A stretch of DNA of 64,000 nucleotides from Vicugna vicugna (taxonomy: Eukaryota): assembly GCA_013265495.1 (NCBI GenBank), contig MU058065.1, positions 4,133,003 to 4,197,002 on the forward strand. The letters run 5' to 3'. The notes under the pieces were generated by a model. That model saw only the letters and a program-made list of their open reading frames with translations, searched no databases and was not told the origin of the DNA. This document shows, piece after piece, positions 12,836-27,655 of this stretch. Within the stretch, counting starts at the first letter, position 1; the number at the start of each line of letters is the position of its first letter. The position numbers and the translations under genes are program-made.

Positions 12836-14559
12836 TATCCAGAATCTGTGTTCTTCCAGGCCTAAGTATATATTCTGTTTAGCTTTGTATCCTCTCTGGT
12901 GCTTAAAAATAATACAGTACACAGAGTCCTATTCTGTCCTGGCGCTCCATGTGTGATCTCTGAAATGAATGAATAAACAAGTGTGAAAAAGAAAAATGTC
13001 ACAACAGTTTTGTTTATTTGTAAGAGGCCCATTGATTTTTAAAGCACACTCACAGAGTGTCTCGTGTATTTTCAGCAAGAAACCAGTATTTGTCACCATC
13101 TTGTTACAATACTGGATATGTCATAAATTTAAAGAGTGTAATTGAGGGTAAATTTTCTGTAGGTTTATTTCCTAGATCAAAGAGTGACTTCAACTTTCAG
13201 CACTTAATTTTATTTGCCAGCATAAACTCCTGGGTTTAGTCAAGTGCCAAGAAAAGAAGTTAATCATCCGAATTATGTGGATTCTGGCAAATCACTCTTT
13301 CTTTTTTCTTTTTTTGGGGGGAGGGGCGGGCGGGAAGAGCTTTGAGTCTTTATCTCCCTTCAGCAAATCCAAATGATTCTAATAGTAAGAATAAAACTCT
13401 AGTAATTAATCTAACAGCTCTAGGCTGCTAATCATTCCAGAAAAGTGACATTATCCAGAATATACCGGTTATAGTTATTGAAAGTCATTGATATATAATT
13501 CAATTGATTTTCACACTTTTTACGTTCCAGAGTGAAATACAGCTTTTGTCATGTCACTAGATTGGAATTCTTTGACAATACATTAACATGCCAAAAATAA
13601 TATTGCACACAAGAATAATGTAGAAATAAATTACAGGTAAGGCTGTGTCCCTAAGGAGGTTTTCATTTGTGTCTTAGAATGGAAGACTTATAGGCCTCCT
13701 CACACATCTATTTCATTCCGGTGTGTTTTAGGCTCTTAGTTCAATTCAATAAATTACTCGTGTTGTGCTTGCTACCGGCTCGGCACTCCGTTTTGCTGAG
13801 CAGTGTGCTTACGCAAAAGCCTGTGTAACTCTGAGGGACAGAATGATTTGTTTCCAAGGAGCCAATGCAGAGACCTTTATGCAAATGAATCCTTGACAGT
13901 GGTCACCTTGACAGTTTTACAAGATTAATATATGGCTGCCACGACTTTGGAACTTCTTTGAAACTGTCTTCTTTAAAACGTCTGATGTCTTCTTTCCAAA
14001 TGTGCTTAGTCCTGGACAATTTTGTGCTTCAAGGTAGATTTAATTTGTGAAAATCAGATAATTCATAGACAAGGTTGTTGATAAGTCAGAACATCAGTCA
14101 TGCCGTGTTTTATATGTACACATGTGTATCTGTTGCTCAAGGACAATGAGTGATTGCAAAATAACACACTCTTTTCATGAGTAACATTTATGTGCTTTGA
14201 GTGCAGCTTCAAAAGATGTATTTGGGACACTGGCGTCATTAATGGAATAAAGGTGTGGTCGGTCTCCAGAATTCTTGGATTTAACTGTCACATCAACCAC
14301 AATGTAACCTCTATGAAGGCAGGTCTAGTTTGTTCCTTCCTGAATCCTCAGAATTCTAGAATTGAGCGCAGTGCATACTTGCTATTGAGATGAGTGAGGG
14401 AGGGAATGAAAGCTCGCGTGAATGAGTGTTAACAGCAGTTCACAGATGCATTCATAGGCCCATGGATATGTAGTGGTTTATGTTTTTAATTTTTATTTCT
14501 AACTTTCTGGCATTACTTTCAATCATTTGTGTTAAGGCCCCTGTGCACTTAGCAGGTGA

Positions 14560-14770
14560 GCATTTGGCTCGGGGTTAAGCACTTTACTTGCACTGTTTCT
14601 TTGTGTTACTACAACCTGGTGAAGTAGTGATGGTTATTATTCCCTTTGTCATAGATGAGGAAACTAAGGCCCAGAGAAGCAAAGCAACTTGCCCAGAGTC
14701 ACACAGCTAGTAAATGAGGAGTCTGGACACAGCCTGAGAAGTCTGGCTATTGATTTACACCCTTAACCAA
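14560..14770 (-). mobile_element. MIR SINE
   Basis: attattccc..tgtcatagatgaggaaactaaggcccagagaag..aagcaacttgcccagagtcacacagctagtaaatg. Confidence 0.8.
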
Positions 14771-16045
14771 GATTCGATGCCTCCTTTCAGGAAATCTTTG
14801 TTTTTCTAATTGGCTGCCATGTTCTCACATTATGTTTTCAATCATTCTAAATTGGAGATAAAGAACCAGCTTCCTTTCAGAGATGAGGAAATTGAGCAAA
14901 TTATGTTTTATAATAGGGATTTCTAATTTCGGAACTAATGGGGGTTTGGGGAAATATATTTTAAGAACGTCGAGGGTCTACGGCAGAACAACCTAAGGGA
15001 AGGAATCTGCTGGTCGGCTTTCAGTGAAAGGGTCAACCACCAGCACATTCATTTACAATAATTTCTCATCTAAAGTCTAAACTCCCAAGACAACTACAAT
15101 CTTCTTGAGAAAGAGTTCTTAATCTCTGTTCTGAAAGTGTCCAATTATCTGATCACGGACAAGTTCTTTAACTTCCCCACATCCATTTCCTCATTTAGGA
15201 AATAATTAGCTGGAATAGGTCATTTACAGGATGCCATTTAGCTCTTATGTGTCAAAATGTATGATCGGATACTAAGTGCTGTTTCTCTGGAGATGAGGGG
15301 AAAAAAAACAAAACAAAGCAAAACAAAACAAAGCATTTCTGTGTGGACTGGAGTTATCTGGAGAGACTTTCAGGGAGAAGAGGAACTGGATAAAATGCAG
15401 ATAGTGAAGGTGGTAAAAGAGGGAGGGACATCCCTTGAGCCAAGAATAGGGAGTTAGCTGTCCTGCCCTGAAGCTGAGGAGACTGGATTTTTGGAAGACT
15501 TTGAAGAGCAGAGGAGAAATTGGGTAAGAGGTCTCTGGCTCATTTGTCATAGAGCCCTTGATTGCGTGCTCATTTCTGCCCACTGAGCGCCATTGATCTT
15601 GGAAGATTCTACATAGTTCATCCAACCGAAGGGAATGTTTCATTGACATGAGGATTTGTAACGTTTACCCAAATCTTTGCTTGACCATTAAGGACGACGG
15701 GAAAAAAAGATAAGGAAAGTCTCCCAGTAAAGTTGACCTGAAGGTTATATTTAAAGGATGATTTGCTTTATTTAAGCAAAAGGAGGCAAAAAACAAATCA
15801 GTTGTTCCTTGGGCAGAAGAGAAGAAAAAAAGTGCCCCTGATTTGGCATGATGGTTTTATTGCCTTGTAGATGGGATAGTCTGGGACAGCAAACAAATGT
15901 TGATGATGTTTGTTTAGATTTGGAATTTGAAACTGTTCTAAAAGGCTAACACGTGCCTTTTTTTTGGGGGGGGTGTTAAGTATGGCATGAAATAAGTTAG
16001 TGGGAGCTGACTGTTTGCGAGGCTTCTCTCTCTGATGATGAACCC

Positions 16046-16180
16046 CAGTAGTTCTTAAAATGAGTTTTGCACATTAGAATCATTTGGAGTGCTTGCTGCA
16101 GATATGCATGTTTAAGGTCGCCTCCCAAGAGTTTGGAGTCTGTTTCTGAATTGTGAGCAAGCCCCCAGGTGGTTCTGTTC
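16046..16180. mobile_element. MER5-like element fragment
   Basis: cagtagttcttaaa...gcacattagaatcatttggagtgctt...caagcccccaggtggttctg. Confidence 0.6.
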
Positions 16181-18830
16181 AAACGTGTGGATGGACCTGT
16201 GCTCTTCTATGCCCGCAAGATCAAGTTCAAATAGATAGAAATTAGCCAATACCACATTTTTGGGTTAGATGCTGTAAAGAATATTCTTTCTGATTAATAC
16301 AAAAACTGAATCATGTAGATGATCAAGTGAAGAGCAGTTCTGTCTACTGGAGGCTGTGAGTTATTTATCTCATTTCTATAGAAACTTTCATGGGTTGGAA
16401 AAGCAGGTGGAGGTATAGCTACATAGAAGTAAAAGGCTGTTCCCTTGGATACAGATATAAAATTAAATGATCAACTAGATGTGTCAGCCCTCATAGAACA
16501 AAGAAGAGCCAATCAAAAAAGAAGGTCAACTATTAAGACTTTTTAGACAAGACAACAAAGTGACCTTGGGTTCCAGGGATAATCATAGCATGTGGATTGT
16601 TTGTTCTCTTCCATCTAAAAGGTCGGGGAATTCACACATTCCCACGCCCGCAGCCAGACCAGTGAACAAGGCCATTGCAGGCTATCAGGTTTGTGTCAGA
16701 TGCAGTTTTTCTGGGAGGGAGATCCTTCCTACCTGCCAGTGTTAAAACCTAGAGCGTTTGCAGATTGAGTCTCAGAATTCCCTGGAGTTTGCCTAGCATT
16801 CTGGTTAGGGAAAGGAAATCTTGTTTGGAACAGGGCTGGATGTGGATTAGCCAAGAAGACCAACAGATAGGAATAGAATCAGGGTCCGCACCAGAGCTGG
16901 GACCCGGGGCAGAGAACTTTTCCCAAACCACTTGTGAGTTAAGACTGGAGCACCAATGATTTGTTTATTCATTAGAGGTCTATTTTTGCACAAATTCATT
17001 CGTTAGCAAGCAGGATACAGTTCTTTCTCTTTGTGGGCATAGGCCATTCTCAAATCTCCTTTTCAGTTATCCTTAAACAGATGTCAGTTACAAGGATCCC
17101 TGCTGATATCCTTCATGCGAAGTAGTTGGGTTGACATTAGCAATCTCGTCTCCGCTCAGCCAGATGGGACAAACCAAATAATCACCAGGAGAGAATGGTG
17201 CCTTACCTAGGGCCCCTCTTATATGTATATGTTATTTACTTGGGCAAGAAACACATGCAGAGCCATGGAGATGTGGGAAAATGTGGGCCCATGAGGTCTC
17301 CGACCCCAGCTCTTCAGTGGCCCCACTGGCTCTCTCATATGGCTTCCAAAGTGGCCCAGATTCTGGATGCAGGAGTGCAGAAGCCTATAAACGGCTATTC
17401 ATATTTTCATGGAGAGAAGATGACCTCTCCAGTCTTCAGAATCCCACTTCTACCTCACAGGTGTATTTTTGACAGAACAGTCACAAAACTAAAAGTCTGG
17501 GTGCATCTGAAGTCATACTGATTTTCTCAGAAGAGGCACCATCCCAGGTGCCACCATTATTCCCTATTTTTTGAAACGCCGCAAACTGGAACTCGTTCAA
17601 AGTGCTACAATCTGTGTGTGTAGAAGCTGTGTTGACATTAGGAGTCACCAGTGGGTGTAGACCAGGGTTTCAACATTTTTTCTTTCAGGGACACACCTTT
17701 GAATTCCTGCTTTGAGCACATCAGCTTTCTTCTGCTCTCAGAGTCATCAACCCCCTTAATCAAGTGCACATCCGTGTGCTTTATTGAGACACATGGAGGG
17801 CAGGGGAAGTGGGTAGTGAGGACCACTGCCGCCACTTCAAACATTTAGCAAAGGGCCACAAACAGAAAGAGAGACACCAAGTCAAAAGAAGGCCGACTAG
17901 GCTTATGATTTGTTGGAACATATTTTGAAGCAAAAATGCCAGTGTTGGGAGAAGTAGAGCTGGCAGATGATAGGATACAGAATGAGCTTATTATAACACA
18001 TGCACATTGTTAAAGGGAACTTTCTCATAGTTTCCACGCCAAGGCCGTTCGCGTGGCTCAAATGAAACGTAAGAGGCAATTTTGACATGACTGCTTTGCC
18101 TTTTCTTTGGTTTCCTGGAAGCTCATAAATTGGCTCGGAATGTTGGTTCCTGGAACAGGAACTGAAAGTTAAGAACCTGCCCTTAGAGTGAGAAGGGATT
18201 TGGTTAAATCATGTGCCTACTTAGCAAATTAAAAGTGGCCAACAATCAGAACTAGACTGATCATTTTTTTTTTCATCTTTCACTAGTATGTTTAGATATC
18301 TCTGTGACAACTGATGAGTGTTGGAAATTTCCCTTGCAAATACCCTAACACGTTTGGTTTGCCTCAGCTGTTCCCCCTTTGGAAGAGCCATTGGCCTCAC
18401 CTTGAGAAAGGAAAGGGGTCAGTGATGGCAGCCAGAGGTTCTTGCTCAGGACAGTTTCATCGGGAAATTCTGTGTATCTCTCCTCATTCCTTCCTTCCTT
18501 CATTCAGCAAAAATGTTTGTCTCCAAAGTCTCTGCTTCACCAAGAGGCCAGGCAAGCCATGTCCTTTGCACAAATTAAAAATTCTGCTTGGTTTTGGATA
18601 GCTGCATTGTATAAAGTAAAAATAAAATAAGCATCTAGTAAAATGTTTTTGTCTATATCTAGAGGCATAGAAATTGTTTACACCAATAGGTATGTTACAG
18701 ATAGACAGATACAACTGTCATCCTGTTTATATTACTTTTGCTCCTTAAAAAGAAAAGAAAAAGAAGAGAGAAAAAAAGCTTTTCACCACACATCAAGGAA
18801 GAAAAAGGTGATCATTAAAGATCAGCCCTG

Positions 18831-18975
18831 GCGGGAGGGTAGAACTCAGTGGTAGAGCACGTGCTTAGCAAGCATGAGGTCCTGGGTCCAATCTCCAGCA
18901 CCTCCATTAAAAATAAATAAATGAATAAATAAACCCAATTACCTCCCCCCGCCAAACAACAAAAACAAAAAAAAT
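18831..18975 (+). mobile_element. tRNA-Ala-derived SINE (Vic-1-like), full length
   Basis: Same head and body as the copy at 4728; TSD ATCAGCCCTG at 18821-18830 and 18979-18988. Confidence 0.92.
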
Positions 18976-21900
18976 AGAATCAGCCCTGAGTTGGAATGCA
19001 AATATACTTATTTGTAGATTTTCATACTTTTCCTTTCCACCGTGGTTCAATCTTAAATTAGAATATCTTTTGCCTTTTTACTTCCATTTGTGATAACTAT
19101 GGAATTCCTGCCTGAGAACTGCCAAGAATTTTATAAAAATTAGACAGTGCAAAAGTTCTTTAAAGGAGGATTTTTGAGCCCAGCAAACTCCTGAGGTTCA
19201 AAAAGGAGCTGACTCCTTAAGTTCAAAAAGCACACATGGCTTTTGCAAGCAGAGACAAGTCTAATACTTTGAAGAATGTAAGAAACGATCAGTGTTTCAG
19301 AGGCACTGAAATGGTTAACCTATTCATCTATTCTAGAGTAATAAACCCATCAGTGTAAACATTTTCTAACTAGATTTCAGGGTTGCACGTTGATTGAAAG
19401 TTGAATGATTCTTTTCTAATTTCGCAGTTTCAACATTAAGCACGGTTAGAAGCCCTTGTAGGACTTGTCTAGTACTAATTCCTTCCTGTCCTTTCTTTCC
19501 TGAGTGGTCTTAGAACATCCTTGTTTCCTGCAATTGAAGGAGTTGTATCTTAACTGATTCTTTTCTTCATTGGATTGTAGCAGGTACATGGGGCTGATCC
19601 CATGACTCTAAATTAACGTTTGTAAGTTAGTTCCCAGGCCTTTGAGGTGTCAATTCTGTCTTTAGCTGCTTATAGCTGGGATTTGAAGGACTTCCAAGGT
19701 ACTTGGGGGTGGAGAAGGGGGCTCAAAAAAAATCACATTTACCCACAACACAATAGAGGAGTGGAATCTGGGCTGGGCGTAGGATGTGCTGCTTTTTGGA
19801 CAACAATAAGAACTGCCTTCCCCTCCGACTGACTGCAATGTCCTACTGCAACTCTCCCCTTCCTGGCTCCCACTGGGCCACGGATATATCCAGTGGAGCT
19901 GGAGAACAGAATTTCCCGTCCCCTCCTGTTCCCAGATCATACACAGCAAGCCCTCAGCTCACACATTTAAGGATTCCTAGCCTAGCAGCTTTTCCTGGCG
20001 GCTGCTCTGTCCCTGAGAAGGATGCCCAGGGGTCCACGTGTCCTCAGGACCCCTGCAGGGCTCTGCTGTGGGACAGAGCCACCTCCAGCCCCATGCCAGG
20101 CACAGATATTCATGCATCCTTATGTTCATCAACTCATCCATGGTTACCCGCCACTGCTTGTGTCATTCTAGAATTTGCTCCAGACTGTGCATAAATGCTT
20201 CCTGCTAGAGACTGTTCACTGCCATCTCCTCTTGTAAAGGATGACGCTGAACGCGACGGCAGTTGAAAGTAACAGTGTGATCACACCCTTTCTCTTCCTG
20301 TTCTGATGCATGAGTCAGTCTCCTGGCCTTAATGTTTACACAATCCTTAATAACAAATCAACGCTGATGGCGACTTGCTGAGACATGTACAATAAGGAAA
20401 GAAATTACGTATTAAAAGATTTGGGCTTCGTCCCAATTTTTTTTTTTTAAAGAGAAAAAAAAAGGAGGGAGGGCAAGAGAGTCTTGTGCTAATAACCGGT
20501 CTGTGCAACAGTGTTCGTTATTTTTTTTCAAGCCTAATGAGATCCAATTCCCACCAGTATTGTGATCTATTACCTGCTCCGGCTGGCCGTTTGCTTCTGG
20601 TGTTTGTTATTTTGAGATTCAGTTAATAGAACACTTGAAATCCTTTCGCTTTCTGAATCCGTTTCTCTCCCAGTTCACAAGTACTGGTTTTCTGGTAGTT
20701 TGGATGTCCTCCTATGAAAACAACACTCACATTGGAACACGTTTTCTGTTTCAAGTGCTCTGTCTTCACACTGAGGAGACAGTACTTGTGGGTCTGCGCA
20801 ACTGAAGGAAAACGGTTGTTTGATTTGGGTCCAAAAGCTCCCTGTGTTGTGCCCAGAAACCTTCACAGTTGGTGACCGCTGGTGCCACCACGTTCAGTGA
20901 GGTGACTGGAGCTACTGAGATTTAGAGGTTATGCCCTTCGGCGGCATCTCAAATTTTGCTTTCGAGTCTGGGCTTAAAGACCAGGTGTGATGACCTCTGA
21001 GACGATTCTGTGTCAGAGATTCTATACCAGGGGGATCTCAGCGTTAGGCCAAAATGATTAGTCTGCCCACAGACGAATCCTCTCCCTTTCTCCCCAGATC
21101 TAAACTATCTTTCACCTTGTTTTAGAGGAGAGGCATTCTCTGTGGGGTGGGGACAAGCCAGCGTGTTTAGCTGCGGGAAGGGCTGGCAGCCCTGAGGGAG
21201 GGGTGGCTGCTCCCCAGAAGTCACGGTTCCTGGGGGAGAGAGAAAGCCATTTACTCAGTCCCCCTCTGCGCTCTGTGGACAGTGGCGGCCACCTCCACCA
21301 TCGCCTTCTCCACAGCCCCCTCAGGACTCAGCAAAATAAATCCCTTTTCTTCCTTCCTCAAGAGACTTGACATTTCAGTGTTTCCAGTGCTTAACATTTT
21401 TAAAGTCATTTTCCCCCGATGTCAAACAGTGTGTAATATATATTAATTATAGAAAATTTAGAAAGTATTAAGTATTGCAGTGAAGAAAGTTACCCACAAC
21501 CCTATCATTCAGAGAGAACCCCTATTACCATATTGTGTATATTCTTGAGTTACTTTTTTCTTCTTTTTTGGGGGAGCGGAGGCGGCATATGTATGGATAG
21601 ACTTTTTAATGCTCTCTGCTTTTAATTTACTTGAGACTGCACGTGCTAATTTGATTCTTTATCTGGTTGTATCAGAGGGGGGTGTCTGACAGAGGCTAAG
21701 AGCATGCCTTTAGTTGTGCGAGTGTTTGGAAACTGAAATTCTGGGATGTAGCATATTGGGTGATGACACAGAAGAACGTAGGGCCAGAGGGCAGGGACAG
21801 AAGAGGAAGGGTGTGGAGGTGGCCAGCAGAGGGACTGAAAATGGTAGAATGGGAGCAGTGATAGATTTAGAAGATCAGGTTCCTTCCCTGCTTGGCTGGG

Positions 21901-23360
21901 CCACCTCCCTGAAGCTCTGTTTCCTCATCAGGGAAATGGAACTTCACTCCACGTTTTTGGGTCATATTGATGATTCAGTTCATCGTACGAGGTACTGTTC
22001 GTGAAAATGATTTGTAAGCAAGCCCGGCAAGGATCAGATAATAATTACAATAAAAAAGATGTTCAGACTTGGCCATGATGATTCAGAGGCAATGAGGATA
22101 AAGTGACCGGCGGTGGCAGGGAGTTGTCCGTGGGTGAGCAGGTAAAATGTTTAATTGGCTGCTTTGATTTTGTTGTCGTTCATGCATCTGCTGGTTAACG
22201 TGGACTTTCTGTTAAGCTGGTTATCCAGCCTGGAATGAGGACGATTTTCTTGGCTGTTTCATGCTGGTCACTCTTTCTTCTTCCGTCTGTGTATTTTTAA
22301 ACTCAGGAAGTCCATTCTCCGGGAAAACTAATATGTTTGCTCTCTCACCTAAGAGACTCACTCTTATCAGACTTTTGCTGAGGGATGGCGGGCCTCCCTT
22401 TCGAGAATCTTGCTGCATTTACACGAGAGTGAACCGGCCAGGCCGAGCTCTGTGTTTTAAACGACAGATAAGGTTTGTGCTGTGCGTGTGGAGAAGGAAG
22501 GGAGGAGAAAGAGAGGGTAAATGGGGGTCGGGGGGAGCTGGCAAAGATGTGTAAACGCTCTTAATATGTGAAAGAATTTCTTTGTCTCTGCTCATGAGCT
22601 TCAGAAATCGGAGGAATATTAAAAGGAGGGGGTTTGCAGGGCAGCTTCTAGCGCTCTGGCGTCTGAGGGTGTCCCCCCATGACTTAACTACGTGACCAGC
22701 AAGTGACTTCACCTTTATGTGCTTCAGTTTCCTCTTTAGTAAAATGGGAACAATATTATTTATCTTGTAGGACTGTTGTGGGAGAAGTCGCAGTCATTAA
22801 GGACTTCAGGGCCACCCTGTGCCAACTTGGCCTTGATTCCTCTTGAAGGATTTGAGATGGTCTAAGTTCCACGCCTCTGAACACACATGAGTGTCGAGCA
22901 GCCCCACGTGGGCCTCCCTTGTGGCGGGGGCCACAGGCCGGGCTCTAACATCCAGGCGGGAATGAGGGTGCCTGTGGGGCCGAATCATTGGCCTGAATCT
23001 GGACCTTATGAAGGTCTGTCTAGGGGGTCTTTTGAAGAATATGTCTGTTCATTTTAGCTGCCTCTTCCCAGTGTCATAGTTCTGTATTTCTCCTTTCCTG
23101 TTCTCTTCCTCCTAAATGTTTTTCAATGTGAGACTGGGCTGGTGGGCCTGTGCATATGGACATCAATCAGAGACACTTGTCACTGAAGAGTTGAACATGT
23201 TGATTAAGAAGAATCCTCTGAACCAAGAGAAGATGGGGGTGTGTTGAATTCACCCAGTTTCCACACCATTCTAGTTTTTTCCCTTACGTTGTTCCAAAAC
23301 AAATCAGTAGATTGGGACTTTAAGGCTTTTTCTCACTTTATTTGTGTGTAGGGGGTGTTT

Positions 23361-23387
23361 TGTGTGTGTGTGTGTGTGTGTGTGTGT
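23361..23387. repeat. (TG)13 microsatellite
   Basis: Direct reading. Confidence 0.95.
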
Positions 23388-26300
23388 TACAGTGGTCATA
23401 TATTTTTCTTGACCCTGGACCCTATTATTCCTTGAGCACACGGGGCAAAGACAAGCCTTTGATGCATCCATGGCTCTGGAATTACACTACCTTGGTTTCT
23501 GACTCTGAAATTTATTACTCATGGGCATTTGAGTGGTGGCTTACCTCCACATCCCTCAATTTCCTTAGTTTAAAATAGAGATGATGTGTTTCCTTATTCA
23601 TAAGATCATCTTAAGTACTTAGTAAGATTACATGTGTAGAAAGCTGAACCATAATCGTTCACTAAATGTTAGATATGACTATTTTTTGAATGTGGCAACT
23701 TCACACTGACTTTCACTTTGACCATTTAGCTGGTTGGGACCTTTGCTTGAGCTTTAATTTTCTCACCTAGAAAGTAAAATGGGAAAAGCTGTATCTAATT
23801 CCGAGTTGTAAAGAGGATCGTGCACTTTGTCCAGCACTTGGGGGACACAGTGTCTAAAAGTACTCAACAGGTTTTTTTTCTTCCCTCCCCGGCTCTTAGC
23901 CTCTTTTCTTGGCATCGTTTTCGTAGGGAATGTCAATTTCAGGAAAAAGCACTTCTATGTGGAGAATACAAACTCCAAGTGTATGTTTCCTGGCGAGGAC
24001 CTCAGGGCAGCCGGGTAGCAGTGTATTTTAGGTGCTATGCCAGGGATTTTGTGGGCAGTTTTCCATTATTCCTCACATAATACGGTCCCCGGTTCACTGA
24101 GGAAATCACAGCAGAGAGTTAAGTCTTACATCTCACTGTCAAGTGTCAGCTCCATCTGTCAATTCGAGTCTGTCTGACTTCCGGTTGTGTGCTTACCCCC
24201 TGAGCCGTTCTGCCCCCACTGCGGAAACAGGGGGCAGTCCTGAGCCCGGGCATCCCCACTGCCGGAACTACTGGAGCTAAACAGAGGACATATCCCGTCC
24301 TCACCTCCTTGTCTTGTTTCACTGAAAGGTAAATTGGGGCATGCCATAACTCATTTTCCTCCGCAGTCCTAACATCCAGACCACGAGTCAGAAAATTAAC
24401 CTTCTAACTTCGTATGTAGGGCGTTCATTGAGTCTAGCTCCAGTCTTTATCCACCTAAATGGTAAGTTTCACGCAGCATAATGGATGTCCCCACCGTGTA
24501 CACATTGCAGGGAACCAATGTCTTGCAATTGCTTTGCCCCAAGGCTGTTGTGAATGCCACGTTTCTTGACAGATTGGTCTAGTTTACATCATCAATTTTT
24601 ATCACATTCTTTAATGAGATAGAAATTTTTATCATGGGTGTGTAATTTCGTGACTATTGAAAATAGTAAGCTCTTTCAGAAGGAAGTAAAATTACATATT
24701 TATAGACTTCTGAAATTTGCCCTGTTTTTTCTCTCTCCCTCACACTTCTCCCAGGTGAATGAGACAATAGATAGGAAAGTTTGGGAGACTTAAAGAGTTA
24801 TAAAGTCATAATCATTATTTGAAAGTCTTTATTTCAAATCTCTTAATTGGGGAAACACATACCTTAAATATGAGCATGCTTACAGTAATTCATCGGCGAT
24901 AGCCATTAAAATGTAACCAAATCAAATCTGGATTTGGGATGCTGAGAAAGACCAGTCATGTGACAGTGGATTCAAGTTGTGTTTAGTGGTCTGAATGGAC
25001 CCTTGAGATGTTGAAAGTAATGAGAAGTCCAGGGACAAATTTCTTATATGTTGTATCTTTCTGGTTTAAGTAAAGCTGTCAAGATACAGTTAAAGTCTGT
25101 GTAGATGGTAAAGCATTTGGGAAATTCTGAAAGGTCACTCTGGGGGACTATACTTGCTTATCTTTTCTAGTTCGCCTTTTTCATTTGACAGAGGCTTCAC
25201 TATGAAAGGACAGCTGTACTTCCCAGGTAACATTCATCCTCATGGAAGACTGGTTATAAGGCTAGCTCGGTGGGTCATGATGACTCATAGCAGTATCAAG
25301 ATTTAACATGGGCTGACCATTGCCCTGCATTCTCATTCTCATCTTAGCAAAAACACCTGCAGAGATAGGAAAACACTGGAGGAGTGATCATTTAACTCAC
25401 CACTTACCTTACTGACTGTCTGTACGTGATCATGCATTCTCAAGCTTCATTTTTCTTTCTTTCATCCAGAAGCTTGGCATTGAAGTGCACTCAGACAGAA
25501 TTTGGTGGGTTTAATACTTAACTCGGGAGTTCTGGTGCTCAGGAGGGAAGGTGGCACCTGACAGGAGGCAGCACACAGGAGTGGCTGGAGCCTTTGCTCT
25601 GGAATCCTTTCTGCATCTGACTTCCCATCCACCACTTAATAAGTACTTTATTGCCTCTGCAAGTCAGACATTGTTTGGGTGCCTCAGTTTTCTCAACTGA
25701 AAAATGTATCTTTCTGGAGGCATATTGATGATACTGAAGTTCTCAGCCTCTAGGTGTTAATGCACAGGGTTTTTTTTAATGTAACAATTAGATTTTTCTT
25801 TTTATCACCTTCAATTTATGGCAAGGAGTATTGGCTTTTGAGTTAGATTAAGAATCTGACTGAACTCTCAGAAGATAAAACTCCTGAAAATGGAGCATAA
25901 ATCAAGAAAGTGTGGGAGACCCTGCTAGAGCCATGTTCTGGGGTGAGTGTTTATTGGGTCTGTTTATGGGGTTTAAATTCCTGTAATAGTGTGCTTTGTT
26001 GTAACAGTAACCTACTGTCTGTATATAATTTCTAGTTTGGTCATTGGGTAGATACTGTTAGCTAACTTTCTGATTCATTGTGGTTTAGCAACTAGACCAG
26101 TCCTACATTTTGGCTGCTACCCACATCACTCCCCTGATACTGTTCTCAAAGAATACAGACATCTTTGACGCTGACATACAAGTCTTTTCTAGGTCTTATC
26201 CTCCTTGTTACCCCCCCACCTTGACTGTTGGAAATTATGATCTCCTTTGGGTTTCTTTATGCATTCTCCTGGTTCTTGCACAGTGAATATACCATTTGAT

Positions 26301-27423
26301 CTGGGGTATCGGACACTGAAATTCTCAGGCAACGCCCGCGTCAAGAGCGCATGGTGAGAGTTAACTGTGATCACATATTTCAGGTGCCTGGCCAAGTCCC
26401 TGGCGGTGGTCAATAAACGCTGGTTCCCTTCTTACTCTGTTCTGTTGCCTGTCTTGCTTTTCTTATTCCCTTTTATTCCTAGATGCCTTTGAGAGATGGT
26501 GTTTATAAGAATCTTTTTCTGAACCTACAGCTTATCTACTCCCGTGATTCTTGTGTTCTTTGCAGACGTTTCCCAAATCTCTGTCTCTGATTGTGCTGAC
26601 CTTCAGACCTTTTCGTTTTGATTGCTCCCTGAACATCTCAATTCAAATGTCTCAGATTCAGTGACCACCTAACTGATCTCCTGCCCTTCCTTGCAAAATC
26701 AGCTCCTCTTCCTCTAGTCTCTATTTTGGTTATAGTATCTCTATTCTTTCAGACATTTGGTCTGGAAACCTTAAGGCTAGTTTCAATTCCATTTTTTTCT
26801 ATATCCTGCAACATCTAATCAGAATTGTTGGTTTGGTCTTGGATAGAGATTTCTTCCTTTCCTCTTTCAAGGGCAAATTTGGAAGTGAAGTTGGCTGCTT
26901 GAAGTTGGGCCAAGCAATGGCTACTTGACTGACATTTACAACAGTAAGTCACTGAGTCTGTGGGGTTGAGAACAGGGAAGGAATTATTGCAAGATGTCCC
27001 TGGGTTAACAGTGTATGGATCAGGCCAGACCTTGCTGTATATGGAATAACCTGTCTCTCACAGTCTCTATTTTACAAATCTCTGTCAGCGCTACCAGAGT
27101 TAATAAAATGCAAATAAATTTTAAAGAGTTATTGAATATGGAGTAGCCTTTTGTCATTGTATAATTTCTCAAATAATGCATACTGAAAGTGCAACTGTCA
27201 AAGGGGGTTTCATCAAATGTTATGATGTCATATTATGAAACATGGATTTCAAGGATCATTGACTTTCATTTGTTCAGAGTCACCAATGCGTAGGAAAAAG
27301 GAACATCAGAGATTACAGGAGCTTTTAAAAATTAGATTTGGGGGAAGAGAAATCAGAACTGAAAAATCTCAAAACACATGACTAGTAAGTTTATAACATC
27401 CTGTCTGTTATAATTAAGACAGG

Positions 27424-27425
<2 letters not shown>

Positions 27426-27472
<47 letters not shown>

Positions 27473-27475
27473 TGT
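27426..27475. repeat. (GT)n microsatellite, about 25 units with one interruption
   Basis: Direct reading. Confidence 0.95.
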
Positions 27476-27655
27476 CTAGGATAAGTCCTGTTCTCTGGGT
27501 TTACCAGTTATTTGTAAGATAATAAGGGAAATAAATATATATGTAAATAAGATAGAAAGAAGTGCTTTGTACACAAAATAAGTTTGAGGCCTGATTCCTG
27601 AACACGGTATTGCTTGATAGAAGAGGTAGTGACTGATTTTATTTAGGCTTGGAAG

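Noticed and set aside
19784..20194. 136-aa Pro/Ser-rich ORF
   Set aside because: Locally GC-rich intron with no homology I recognise and no splice or promoter support.
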